64,000 nt of DNA from a virus, in IMG/VR virus record IMGVR_UViG_3300024509_000014, positions 8,377-72,376 of that record. One strand, given 5' to 3'. Shown one piece after another: positions 1-9,577 of the stretch. A program made the position numbers and the translations under genes. The notes beneath the pieces were generated by a model. That model made no database searches. It saw only the letters and a list, made by a program, of their open reading frames with translations, and was not told the origin of the DNA. Numbering within the stretch: the first letter of the stretch is position 1; the number at the start of each line of letters is the position of its first letter.

Positions 1-1
1 C

Positions 2-679
2 TTGTCACCGATTGAGAATAAGCCAGCCAATCTTGTCTCATCCAGCGTCGATTGGAAGGTGTTTGAGGGGAACACCCCCAAACGCGTTCGTCCAACCGGC
101 GACGGGATTTTCTTTGGCGCTGGTGTCACGCCGAAAAAACTACTTGTCATTGCGTCCGTCAGTTACTTATATGTAACTAAGGAGGGCGACAAGATCACAG
201 ATGCTCAGACCAGGATCAAAGTCCTGACCGCTGAGCTACAAATTGGCCAGTCCGAACCGATCCCGGGTCCAACTCCCAACCCCACCCCAGGCCCGGGACC
301 CGCTCCGACCCCCACCCCCACCCCAACGCTGCCGGACGGGCGGTTCGGGCTGGCCAAAACCACCTACCTGTTAGCCACATCCAAGGTCGCTGCCCCGCGA
401 GACAAGGCCGCATCGGTTTTGTCGGAAGCCTTTGAGTCCATCGCTTCTTCCGTGGCCGCTGGCGCCTACAAGACCGGCGACGCCATCCTGAAAGCGACCA
501 AGGATGCCAACAACTCGGCTTTGGCCTCGGCCAACCTGACCCCGGAGCCGTGGGAGGAATTTGGCAACGAACTACAGAAAGTTTTGTACGACATGTACAA
601 GACTAAAAAAATCACCACCGCCGAAGACTACGCCGATGCTTGGCGGGAGATTGCCACCGGCCTGAAAGCCGTGAAATAA
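2..679 (+). CDS. Hypothetical protein with Pro/Thr-rich linker and helical C-terminal domain (5' partial)
   Basis: Open from the window edge; linker PIPGPTPNPTPGPGPAPTPTPTP; ends TAA. Confidence 0.75.
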   Translation: MSPIENKPANLVSSSVDWKVFEGNTPKRVRPTGDGIFFGAGVTPKKLLVIASVSYLYVTKEGDKITDAQTRIKVLTAELQIGQSEPIPGPTPNPTPGPGPAPTPTPTPTLPDGRFGLAKTTYLLATSKVAAPRDKAASVLSEAFESIASSVAAGAYKTGDAILKATKDANNSALASANLTPEPWEEFGNELQKVLYDMYKTKKITTAEDYADAWREIATGLKAVK

Positions 680-687
680 CTTGTCGT

Positions 688-735
688 TCTGTCCGGAGCC
701 TACTCCGGACAGATGACCGTTATGTCCGGACAGAA
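688..735. promoter_or_regulatory. Perfect inverted repeat plus a third copy of the TCCGGACAGA element
   Basis: TCTGTCCGGAG-ccta-CTCCGGACAGA (688-713) and palindrome TGTCCGGACA (723-732) in an intergenic gap. Confidence 0.55.
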
Positions 736-760
736 ACATTAAGATTTTGGGTGAGATGAC

Positions 761-1696
761 ATGGACAACGAGATTATTGACGCCTACAAGAATGGCAACC
801 AGTCTGGCTGGCCCGGGGCCGAAGAAGCGGCTATCGGCTACCAGATGGTCAAGGACGATTACAATTTCGTTGACTTCCAGATTGTCGGAGCCATCGGCGC
901 ACCCCCGAAGTTTTCAGAAAACTACCGGGTTGCCCGCAAAGTCCTGAATCGTGACATTGGCGGCAAGCTGAGCGTCCAGCTGATCGGGGACTGTGTCTCC
1001 TGGGGGATGAAGCACGCCGTCGAGTACCTTGCGTGCTGCGACATCCTCGTGCGCGGCGACGCAGAAGAGTTTCATCCGGTCTTTGCCCCCTACATCTACG
1101 GCGTCAGCCGAGTGCAGATCGGTGGTGGGCGCATCTCTGGGGATGGCTCCATCGGCTCCTGGGCAGCTGCTGGCGTGATGAAGCACGGCACCATTTTTGC
1201 CGACAAGGATGGTTGTCCGCCTTATGGCAAAGACATAGCCAGGGCCTGGGGCAAAAAGGGGCCAGACAGCAAGTTTCTGGAAGTCGGCAAGAAGTATCTG
1301 GTGCGCTCGGCGGCCAAGGTGAAGACTTGGGATGACCTGATCGCCGGATTGGCCAACGGTTATTCCTGCACGGTTGCCAGCGACCAGGGTTTTGAGATGA
1401 CACCTGGGGCAGACGGGTACCACGACCCCTCCGGATCTTGGGCGCACCAAATGTGCATCTACGACTACTGCCTGGTTGATCAGGAGCATGTCTACATCGC
1501 CAATTCCTGGGGGGATGTCCACGGCGTGGTCAAGAACCCTGGAACGGGCGAGGAGATGCCACGCGGCACCCTGAAGGTCAAACGCAAGACTATTGAGCGA
1601 ATGATCGGGCAGGGCGACACTTTCCTGGTCAGTCAATACGACAACTTCCCCAGCCAGGATATCCACATGGCCCTGTTTGATCTGGTCGGCAAATGA
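761..1696 (+). CDS. Papain-like (C1-type) cysteine peptidase
   Basis: QLIGDCVSWG (oxyanion Gln and catalytic Cys), WAHQM (His), ANSWG (Asn). Confidence 0.85.
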   Translation: MDNEIIDAYKNGNQSGWPGAEEAAIGYQMVKDDYNFVDFQIVGAIGAPPKFSENYRVARKVLNRDIGGKLSVQLIGDCVSWGMKHAVEYLACCDILVRGDAEEFHPVFAPYIYGVSRVQIGGGRISGDGSIGSWAAAGVMKHGTIFADKDGCPPYGKDIARAWGKKGPDSKFLEVGKKYLVRSAAKVKTWDDLIAGLANGYSCTVASDQGFEMTPGADGYHDPSGSWAHQMCIYDYCLVDQEHVYIANSWGDVHGVVKNPGTGEEMPRGTLKVKRKTIERMIGQGDTFLVSQYDNFPSQDIHMALFDLVGK

Positions 1697-1905
1697 AAAG
1701 TGCTTTCCTTGGAACACTCCTGATAGGCACTGCGCCGCCCGCTGAAGCGTTCAACCTGATTCCGTCCGCTGACTGGCTGGCTCCCTATGGTGCCGCTCTC
1801 GCCCACAATCCAGACAATCTTGAGCGTTGGTGGTGGGACAGCAAAGTGAAGTGCTGGTGGCGCAGGGGACCAAGGAGGCCTATCGATGACAGATTCGGAA
1901 ATTAA
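1693..1905 (+). CDS. Small hypothetical protein, hydrophobic N-terminus and Trp/Arg-rich C-terminus
   Basis: ATGA overlap with the peptidase stop; fills the gap to the next gene. Confidence 0.5.
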   Translation: MKSAFLGTLLIGTAPPAEAFNLIPSADWLAPYGAALAHNPDNLERWWWDSKVKCWWRRGPRRPIDDRFGN

Positions 1906-2215
1906 ACCGGCCAAGAGCGGCGAATTCCCGGTACTGCAAGGTTATCTGGAAGAAAAACTGGTCGGTTTCGACCCGTTCACCATCCTGATGATTATCTCCG
2001 TCGGCATCCAGGCATTGCGATTGCTTTGGGAATGCAAGAAGGCGCGTTCTGCCCTTCAGGGGCTGGCTCGAGGTAACGGCCCCATCACCCGGATGTACAC
2101 CCGCCACAAGGTGTATAAGCAGTTGATCCGGGCCGGTTTTTCCGACGAACAGGCGCAACAGGCGACCGAGGCCCTTCGACTAGCTTTTGCCGAGGGGCGG
2201 TTCGACGATGACTGA
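1886..2215 (+). CDS. Small membrane protein (one predicted TM helix, basic C-terminal part)
   Basis: AGGAGG RBS; hydrophobic FTILMIISVGIQALRLLW segment. Confidence 0.7.
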   Translation: MTDSEIKPAKSGEFPVLQGYLEEKLVGFDPFTILMIISVGIQALRLLWECKKARSALQGLARGNGPITRMYTRHKVYKQLIRAGFSDEQAQQATEALRLAFAEGRFDDD

Positions 2216-3326
2216 TTTCCGGCGATTTGGCGGTGCTGCAACGACACTCTTAGAGTCAGTCGATGCGGTTTCCAACCAGATTGTCGTCAATTACTCGCCG
2301 GAGTTTCCCCAGAATCCCCCTTTCGACATCGTCATCGATTCAGAAATCTGTACTGTCCAAGCCTTGTCATCCCGGTTAGCGTTGCCCGTCGGCCTACTTC
2401 TTTCCCTCACCCAGCCCTCACCCGAATTGATCCTGACCGTTCTACGCGCTCAGGAATCCACCCAGGCCGTCAAGCATCTTGTTGGTAGGCCAGTCCAGCC
2501 CGTTTTGACCCAAAAAGCCTTCCTGACCGTTGCCGACGACAAGGGATATGTCTCTGTCCGTCCCGTCCCTGGCATCTCCATCACACTTCAGCCCTTGAGC
2601 GGGAACGGTGTTTCGCTGCTCGACCCCATGACAAATGGCTGGAGACGCTTTCCGGCGGGGACGGAAACCCTGCTGCCGATTCTGGCTGACGGGGAAGCCG
2701 CTGACATTTTTGCCCATTGGAATGAATCGCTCCAAAAGGTCATGTATTTCATGGCTGTTTGGTCAACATCCAGCTCTCGCCCGACAACGACCCTCAGGGA
2801 TGGGGTGGCGACTAGAACAGATAGCTACAGCCTTGTCCCTAGGCGTTATGTCGGGACAATTCAGAAACAAGGTACCTTGTTCACGCCAAATGCGTACCGG
2901 GTCACCTTGAGTGCGGCCAATAATTTGACCGCCCGCCACGAAGGATTCAAGGTTGTGCGGCTTAATCCGACCGTGAGCGCCGTGGTCTTGCACGGCCTAC
3001 AGTCAGCGCGAGACGGCAAGATGGTGATCCTGAGCAATGTGTCATCTTCCCAAGGAGTGTTGCTGAAGCACGCTTCTGCGTCGGCGTTGACCAACGAGAA
3101 ATTCCTACTGCCCCAAAAAGGCGATCTGCCCATCCCGCCAGGCGGGGGCGTGGCCTGCATCTACGATGTGGTCAGCCGAGCCTGGAGATTTGTGGCCAAC
3201 TGTTTCTTCCGCCCTTCCCGCGAGACCGATCCAGACATCGTTCAAGACGCTCTGGAAGACGGAGAGGGCAATCTGCTGGCATACGCCAATGAATCCGGCG
3301 ACATCATTCTTTACCGAGGGAACTGA
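2208..3326 (+). CDS. Putative virion structural protein, paralog of the N-terminal ~330 aa of 4040..7681
   Basis: Colinear shared motifs (PPF, LTVLR, DIFAHWN/DVFAYWD, LKHAS, GGV..IYD); ATG 2208 chosen as start. Confidence 0.7.
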   Translation: MTDFRRFGGAATTLLESVDAVSNQIVVNYSPEFPQNPPFDIVIDSEICTVQALSSRLALPVGLLLSLTQPSPELILTVLRAQESTQAVKHLVGRPVQPVLTQKAFLTVADDKGYVSVRPVPGISITLQPLSGNGVSLLDPMTNGWRRFPAGTETLLPILADGEAADIFAHWNESLQKVMYFMAVWSTSSSRPTTTLRDGVATRTDSYSLVPRRYVGTIQKQGTLFTPNAYRVTLSAANNLTARHEGFKVVRLNPTVSAVVLHGLQSARDGKMVILSNVSSSQGVLLKHASASALTNEKFLLPQKGDLPIPPGGGVACIYDVVSRAWRFVANCFFRPSRETDPDIVQDALEDGEGNLLAYANESGDIILYRGN

Positions 3327-3328
3327 CA

Positions 3329-4036
3329 ATGGCCGACAATGTGCAAATCACTCCGGGTGCTGGTGTGTCCATCGCCGCCGACGAGGTCAACGATGCCACG
3401 CTGGGATCGTGCAAGGTCCAGTATGTGAAGCTGATGGACGGCACCCTGAACGGCACCAGCAAGGCCACGGTGGGGGCCAGCGGTTTAGCTGTTCACGCCG
3501 CCCAGAATGGCACCTGGAATGTGGCGGTTTCCGGAATTGCTGCTTCTCAACCTACTTCTGGCGGTATTCTTCCAGGATTTGGCGCCTCCATGTCTAACGG
3601 CAATGCTTGGACTCCTTTGAGCAATGCGTTTACTGCGGCAAACATAGGGCCAGTGGGTGTCTCAACACTTGCGGTTGCGCCATTTGTTTTCAATGGCACT
3701 GCGTATTCTCCCACCCTTATTCCGGCTGTTTACAAAGACCTCAGCGCCGTTTCCGTCGGTGTTTTGGCAACTGTCTGGACTCCGGCTTCCGGCAAGAAAA
3801 TCCGGCTGTTGGGCGGTATCCTGTCGGTCTCCGGCAATGTCTCGCTGCTCTTTGAAGACAACTCATCCGGCAACTTTGTCTTCCGCACCCCCATGATCAC
3901 GGCAGACACGGCCTTCCGGTTTGACCTGCCGGGTGGGCGCCTGTTGTCAGCAGCCAACAATGTCCTCAAACTCACCCAAACCCCCAACTCGCCGTCCGTC
4001 ACCGTCACCGGCACGCTGTTCGGCATCGAGGAATAA
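3329..4036 (+). CDS. Putative virion structural protein
   Basis: MADNVQITPGAG N-terminus, beta-rich Gly/Ser/Thr composition, lies between fibre-like genes. Confidence 0.6.
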   Translation: MADNVQITPGAGVSIAADEVNDATLGSCKVQYVKLMDGTLNGTSKATVGASGLAVHAAQNGTWNVAVSGIAASQPTSGGILPGFGASMSNGNAWTPLSNAFTAANIGPVGVSTLAVAPFVFNGTAYSPTLIPAVYKDLSAVSVGVLATVWTPASGKKIRLLGGILSVSGNVSLLFEDNSSGNFVFRTPMITADTAFRFDLPGGRLLSAANNVLKLTQTPNSPSVTVTGTLFGIEE

Positions 4037-4039
4037 TTC

Positions 4040-7000
4040 ATGGCCGGTCAACTCCACCGTTTTTCCAACCAGGCTGTCACCTACCTCGGTTCAGCGATCA
4101 GTTCAACCGACACCGAGATCGTCGTTGTCAATATCCTGAAGTTCCCCCACCCACCCTTTGAAGTGACCTGCGGTCAAGAGGTGATGCGGGTCACAGCTGT
4201 TGATGACCAGACAAACACGCTGACAGTTTTGCGAGGAAGGGAAGGTACCACAGCCGTCCTACACGCCGCTGGCGACCCCATCGCCCACACCGTGACGCGG
4301 GATGGTCTTCTAGATGTGTTGGACAATAACGGTATTGCCAATGCTGCCCTGTCGTTTTCGGCGACGGACACAGAGGCTCCAGGCTCTGGAACTGTCTATT
4401 TGGCTCCACTTCAGGGCAACAACATTTCCTTGTGGGACACCTTGGAAAGCCGTTGGCGCAAGTTCACGCTGAATATCGCCCCCTATGTGTCGGCCAACGA
4501 AGTAGCTGGCAAATGCGTGGATGTGTTTGCCTACTGGGATAATTCTGCCCAGGCTGTGGCTTTGCAGAAGGTGGTTTGGGACAGAGACACCGGCAGGCCT
4601 TCCGGCTATGACCTTGTGCGCGTCGACGGCGTGATGGTCAGCCAGCACTCAACCGCCTGGAGGCATGTCGGCACTTACCAGATGTTGGCGAACTCGGCGG
4701 TCGCCCTCTCAAGCCACACCCCGTCTCTGTCTGGGGTAAGCACTCTGGAACTGCCTCGCTATGGCAAGAATATCCTGCGTGTTGATCCGCCGATCAATGG
4801 TTATGAAATCCATGGCGTAGAGTCAATCGCAGATGGTGAAACTGTCTATCTGCTGAATATTTCCGAGACTGACACATTCTACCTAAAGCACGCTTCGGTG
4901 ACAGCACCGTCCGGCTCCAAACTGCTGGTTCTTGATCTGGATGACTACCCTGTTTTTCCGTTGGGTGGGGTAACGCTGGTTTATGACGCCGCTTCTTTGG
5001 GTTATCGCGTCCTGGGAGCCTGTTGCACCACGACCACAACCACTACAACAACCACGACTTCCACGACAACTTCCACAACGACTACCAGCGGCCCGACCAC
5101 TACCACAACCAGCACGACCACCAGCACAACAACCACGACCGCAAGCCCCTACCCGCTGCCAGCAACATGCCTCAAATCCTTAACCTATGTCCGCTCGTCT
5201 TCCAACACGAACGGTATCTCCGGCAATCATTTTGAGTTCAGCGACGACGGCACAAACTGGTATGTGGTCAGCAGCATGATCCCCAAATCAGTCGCCAATT
5301 TGACCTACACATTCCGTCTGCAAAACACCAGCACTCATCCTTTTCGTTTATTTGACACAGATGGGTTCAACCGACTGGTTCCTTCGGCCACCAATCCTGC
5401 GTCTGGCAATGTGGCAGATGGGTTCTGGGGCGGCGATGTGGTCTTAACGGTAACATTAGAAGAAAAGGCGCCTTTTAGCTACGATTGCTCGTTGCATGGC
5501 TACGAAAGTGGTATCGGTGAAGACGCCATCATCTATGATCCGGTCTGTACTTATTGCGCACAACCGGACATGTTCATTCGTATCAACATGGACCCGGACA
5601 CACTTCCCCCACCACCAGCGTGGCCTTCCAATGTTCCGGAAGTCCAGATGCAATTTACCAACCCTCCTGGTGAGGCAACCGGCGGGGATGTTTACAGGAC
5701 GAGCCTCCAATTTTCTGGCATGTCCGGCGTCATAGCTGGTTTGAAAGTAACTCTGCACGATGTGTCATCTTTTTCTTCGGTTGGCACAAGCGTGTTGATG
5801 TTGAAAGCACCGTCAGGCAAAGATCTCTTGCTGGCTGGCGCCCTGGCAAATAGCGGCAATATCACAGAACAGACTTATGTCTTTACTAACGACAGCGGAG
5901 ACTCGTTGTTTTCTTTCGGTTCTGGAGGAAATTTCCGCCCCAATCCCAACGGCAATCAAAATGTCACATATTGGCCGGATTCATCGGCCCCGTTTGGCAC
6001 AACATTGACTGATCTATTTGGAGACAGCCCCAACGGAGAATGGAAGCTCGGCATGATTGCCGATACGGGTTATGGATCAAGAATCTTGCGTGTGCCAAGT
6101 TGGTCTGTGGAAGTCTTAACATCAACCAATGAAAGCCATACTGTTCGTGCGACCGATCCACAGTCAGGCGGTTACACGCCCGTTAACGCATGGCCCTACG
6201 AAGCTGATACTGAACTTCAGGATTTGGAAGAGCTTGGTGGCGTCAATTACTTCACTTCGACTGTTGACGCTGGCGAAACCCGTTATTATCGATTTAGGTC
6301 GAAATATTCTGCCAATTATTATCTGTGGGCTGGTGGACAGAATTCTGGCGGAATTAAGCTAGAAATATTCCGCAACTGGAATGCTTCTGGGTCACCATCT
6401 GTCACTTACACAAACCTGTATGACTCTTCGCAAAAGCGATTGGCTTGCGACGCAGGCGAATTCATTGTTTTCAAATTCACGAACACATCAATTGTCTTCA
6501 AATATATCACGCTAAAATTGCAGACTCCCGGCGTTCATTACGAGATGAGTGCCAACGAGACAGACTGGTATCTTCCGGAAAGATGGAAGTTTGGTGGAGC
6601 CAATCCAACCGGGCCAGCCACCTACAATCTCAATTTGAAATATTTGAAAAATCCCAAATTCGCCATGAGGATGACGGGTGCTTTCTCGCCTGTTTGGTCT
6701 GGTGGCTCTGGAATTGGGACTGTTTCCAGCAATTCCGTAAATTATTACCACTTTGATTCGACCAAAGCGGCTACCCAGGAATTGTCCTTCACGATGGGTG
6801 GAACCTCTCCTTCGATTCGTTACATCACCACCATAACTGGCACGCTAGTTATTCAAAATGATGATCTAGACGACAATCGTCAGTCGATTATTTATGGTGC
6901 TGGATGTTTTGGAGACGATCCTGTACCTGACACGACTTCCCCGCCCACCACTACCCCAGCACCTTGGGTGGCTGGATATTATTGTGTCAATGATTCTTAT

Positions 7001-7681
7001 CAAGGCACTACTGGGTGCAGCTATATATCAACGCGCCCACCCGCCAATCCTTTGGTGACTTATACCGGGCCTTATGTCTCATCGGGCGCGTGCAATGTGG
7101 CTTGTGCTTCGTTGGGAACGACCACAACTACGACGGCTGCGCCGACCACCACCACAACAACACCCCCGTTTGTAGCTGGTCGTTATTGTTTTTATTCAAG
7201 AGATAAATTTACTGGCGCAATGATTTTAGATAGATGTGGATATCTTGATAGCTTAGATAGCCCTCAATATGAACATACTATTGTTGGTGGACCTTATACC
7301 AGTAATAATGATTGTATAAACTCGGGGTGTGGAACTACTACCACCACAACAACCACAACAACCACGACCACTACGACGGCTGCGCCGACCACAACGACTA
7401 CCACAACTGGTTCGGCTACAACGACCACGACAGCTGCTCCGGTTACTACGACCACAACCTCAACAACCACAAGCACCAGCACGACTTCAACAACAGCTGC
7501 GCCGTCTTACAGGTACAATTGTGAGATAGTCGCAACTACCGGGAACAGCTTTATCTATGGCTGTGTTTCCACAGGAAGCTACACGGTTGGAACTTACGCT
7601 TCCGAGCAGGATTGCCTCAATGCAGGATGTGGTGGGGGTGGTGGAGGTGGCGGGGTGACCAGCACATCTCCGCCAGGATAA
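4040..7681 (+). CDS. Modular tail-fibre/adhesin-like protein with Thr-rich tracts, cupredoxin-like and P-domain-like modules and Cys-rich repeats
   Basis: Poly-Thr linkers; HPF...YDCSLHG; LMLKAPSG...GDSPNGEWKL...SWSVEV resembles a proprotein convertase P-domain; three YxC/YC...C...G(P/T)YxSxxxC repeats. Confidence 0.7.
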   Translation: MAGQLHRFSNQAVTYLGSAISSTDTEIVVVNILKFPHPPFEVTCGQEVMRVTAVDDQTNTLTVLRGREGTTAVLHAAGDPIAHTVTRDGLLDVLDNNGIANAALSFSATDTEAPGSGTVYLAPLQGNNISLWDTLESRWRKFTLNIAPYVSANEVAGKCVDVFAYWDNSAQAVALQKVVWDRDTGRPSGYDLVRVDGVMVSQHSTAWRHVGTYQMLANSAVALSSHTPSLSGVSTLELPRYGKNILRVDPPINGYEIHGVESIADGETVYLLNISETDTFYLKHASVTAPSGSKLLVLDLDDYPVFPLGGVTLVYDAASLGYRVLGACCTTTTTTTTTTTSTTTSTTTTSGPTTTTTSTTTSTTTTTASPYPLPATCLKSLTYVRSSSNTNGISGNHFEFSDDGTNWYVVSSMIPKSVANLTYTFRLQNTSTHPFRLFDTDGFNRLVPSATNPASGNVADGFWGGDVVLTVTLEEKAPFSYDCSLHGYESGIGEDAIIYDPVCTYCAQPDMFIRINMDPDTLPPPPAWPSNVPEVQMQFTNPPGEATGGDVYRTSLQFSGMSGVIAGLKVTLHDVSSFSSVGTSVLMLKAPSGKDLLLAGALANSGNITEQTYVFTNDSGDSLFSFGSGGNFRPNPNGNQNVTYWPDSSAPFGTTLTDLFGDSPNGEWKLGMIADTGYGSRILRVPSWSVEVLTSTNESHTVRATDPQSGGYTPVNAWPYEADTELQDLEELGGVNYFTSTVDAGETRYYRFRSKYSANYYLWAGGQNSGGIKLEIFRNWNASGSPSVTYTNLYDSSQKRLACDAGEFIVFKFTNTSIVFKYITLKLQTPGVHYEMSANETDWYLPERWKFGGANPTGPATYNLNLKYLKNPKFAMRMTGAFSPVWSGGSGIGTVSSNSVNYYHFDSTKAATQELSFTMGGTSPSIRYITTITGTLVIQNDDLDDNRQSIIYGAGCFGDDPVPDTTSPPTTTPAPWVAGYYCVNDSYQGTTGCSYISTRPPANPLVTYTGPYVSSGACNVACASLGTTTTTTAAPTTTTTTPPFVAGRYCFYSRDKFTGAMILDRCGYLDSLDSPQYEHTIVGGPYTSNNDCINSGCGTTTTTTTTTTTTTTTAAPTTTTTTTGSATTTTTAAPVTTTTTSTTTSTSTTSTTAAPSYRYNCEIVATTGNSFIYGCVSTGSYTVGTYASEQDCLNAGCGGGGGGGGVTSTSPPG
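5027..5140 (+). repeat. ACN-codon low-complexity tract (poly-Thr)
   Basis: Encodes TTTTTTTTTTTSTTTSTTTTSGPTTTTTSTTTSTTTTT. Confidence 0.9.
7118..7500 (+). repeat. Thr-rich repeats with an exact 23-bp duplication
   Basis: ACTACGACGGCTGCGCCGACCAC at 7127-7149 and 7370-7392; TTTTAAP units. Confidence 0.85.
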
Positions 7682-7702
7682 TCTTTTCAAAAAACAGTTA
7701 GA

Positions 7703-7729
7703 AAATAGGTCGTTTTCGGCCTATTCTTT
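7703..7729 (+). terminator. Putative intrinsic terminator after the fibre gene
   Basis: AATAGGTCG-TTTT-CGGCCTATT hairpin followed by CTTT. Confidence 0.45.
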
Positions 7730-7831
7730 GACAGGTCCCAAGATGGGGTCTTGGTGTACTTTTTTGTTGCCGTTATTTACTAGCGTTTTACTCAGGGCCG
7801 GTTCGGCATCGGTTCCTTGGAGGTTTTTGTC

Positions 7832-9481
7832 ATGTCTGCAAGCGTTTTTCGTAACAAGTTTTCAGAAGATATCTTTAACTATAAGTATAGGCACGAAGGT
7901 TGTGAAACCTGGGAAAAATTGGCCAAAGTGCTGGTCGAAGATGTCTGCCGGGAATGGATGACCGCCGACGAAAAAGCAACCCTGACCCAAGCCATCGCCG
8001 AAATGAAATTTCTGCCCGGCGGTCGCTATATCTATTATGCTGGCAGGCCTATCAAAGCATTTAACAATTGCTATCTTTTGAGAGCAGAAGAGGATACTCG
8101 TGAAGACTGGGCCATGTTGTCCTGGAAGGCAGAGTCGTGCTTGGCAACTGGTGGTGGCATTGGGGTGGACTATTCCATTTACCGCCCCAAAGGCACGCCC
8201 CTGAAGCGGACGGGTGGGGAGGCCTCTGGCCCTGTCTCTAAGATGAGGATGATTAACGAGATCGGTCGCGAGGTCATGCAGGGTGGCTCCCGGCGGTCGG
8301 CGATCTACGCCTCGCTGAACTGGCAGCACCAAGACATTAAAAACTTCTTGTACGCCAAGGATTGGCACTCCATGAAGGTGCCAGGGACCGACAAGACGGT
8401 GTGGGACTGCAAGGTCGCCGATTTCAACTATCCCGCCCCGTTGGACATGACCAATATTTCGGCCAACTACGATGACGCTTGGCTGAACCTGCCCGACCGC
8501 CACAAGAACGAAGTCTTTTTGATCAACTGCCGTCAGGCCATGGAGACCGGGGAGCCTGGATGGTCTTTCAACTTCGGCGACAAGCAGAACGAGACCCTGC
8601 GCAATGCCTGCACGGAAGTGACCTCAGAGGACGACTCTGATGTGTGTAATCTCGGCTCTCTGAACATGTCTCGTATTGAGACTGCCGAAGAGTTCCGTCA
8701 GATTGTCGAGTTGGCCACCAAGTTCTTGATTTGTGGCACCATGGTGGCGCATCTGCCCTACGACAAAGTCTACGCAATTCGTGAGAAGAATCGCCGACTT
8801 GGGCTGGGGCTGATGGGTATGCACGAGTGGCTGGTGCAGCGGGGCAGTCGCTACGAAGTCACCGATGACCTCCACAAGTGGCTGGCGATCTACCGGGACG
8901 AGTCTGATGCCGTTTCCCGTTCGTTCTCGGCCAAGCTGGGCATCAGCGAACCCGTGGCCAAGCGGGCGATTGCCCCCACCGGCTCCATCGGTATTCTGGC
9001 TGGCACGACCACCGGCATCGAACCGGTCTTTGCCGTGGCTTACAAACGACGCTACCTCAAGAACGGTACCCAGTGGCACTATCAATATGTCGTGGACAGC
9101 GCCGCCAAGGACCTGATCGAGCGATACGGCGTGGACCCCCACAAGATCGAGTCGGCCATCGACCTAGCCCGGGATTACGAGCGTCGCCTCAAGTTCCAGG
9201 CTGACACCCAGGATTATGTTGACCAGTCCATCTCGTCGACGATCAACATGCCCAGCTGGGGGTCGGAACTGAACAACGAGGACAAGATTGAGGACTTCGC
9301 CGCAACCCTGTCCAAGTATGCCCCTCGCTTGCGTGGCTTCACGGTTTACCCCGATGGTGCCCGCGGTGGCCAGCCCCTAGTCTCCGTGGACTATGACGAG
9401 GCCGCCAAGCAACAGGGCGTGGAGTACCTAGAGCATGATGTCTGTGTAATTGGTGGCAAGGGTGGAACTTGCGGTAGCTAA
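7832..9481 (+). CDS. nrdJ: Class II (adenosylcobalamin-dependent) ribonucleotide reductase
   Basis: FLPGGR, NNCY, QGGSRRSA, RNACTE (NxCxE), CNLGS, RRLGLGLMG, IAPTGS, VDQSISSTIN, C-terminal Cys pair; no Tyr pair and no beta subunit nearby; GGAGG RBS before ATG 7832. Confidence 0.88.
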   Translation: MSASVFRNKFSEDIFNYKYRHEGCETWEKLAKVLVEDVCREWMTADEKATLTQAIAEMKFLPGGRYIYYAGRPIKAFNNCYLLRAEEDTREDWAMLSWKAESCLATGGGIGVDYSIYRPKGTPLKRTGGEASGPVSKMRMINEIGREVMQGGSRRSAIYASLNWQHQDIKNFLYAKDWHSMKVPGTDKTVWDCKVADFNYPAPLDMTNISANYDDAWLNLPDRHKNEVFLINCRQAMETGEPGWSFNFGDKQNETLRNACTEVTSEDDSDVCNLGSLNMSRIETAEEFRQIVELATKFLICGTMVAHLPYDKVYAIREKNRRLGLGLMGMHEWLVQRGSRYEVTDDLHKWLAIYRDESDAVSRSFSAKLGISEPVAKRAIAPTGSIGILAGTTTGIEPVFAVAYKRRYLKNGTQWHYQYVVDSAAKDLIERYGVDPHKIESAIDLARDYERRLKFQADTQDYVDQSISSTINMPSWGSELNNEDKIEDFAATLSKYAPRLRGFTVYPDGARGGQPLVSVDYDEAAKQQGVEYLEHDVCVIGGKGGTCGS

Positions 9482-9503
9482 AACCACCAAAAAACAATTC
9501 TTG

Positions 9504-9532
9504 AGGCCCGGTCGAGTCATTCGGCCGGGCCT
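9504..9532 (+). terminator. GC-rich hairpin after nrdJ (terminator or processing site)
   Basis: AGGCCCGGTCGA-GTCAT-TCGGCCGGGCCT; weak U tract. Confidence 0.6.
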
Positions 9533-9577
9533 TCTGGTTACTATCGGTAGGATCAAACCCACCCCTAAGGGACCGTC

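Noticed and set aside
6960-7640. Diversity-generating retroelement variable repeats in the fibre C-terminus
   Set aside because: Repeats are divergent at all bases; no template repeat or reverse transcriptase in the window
7682-7831. Cobalamin riboswitch, NrdR box or sigma70 promoter upstream of nrdJ
   Set aside because: No B12-box consensus; CCCAAGATGGGGTC matches an NrdR box only weakly; TTGACA at 7728 lacks a properly spaced -10
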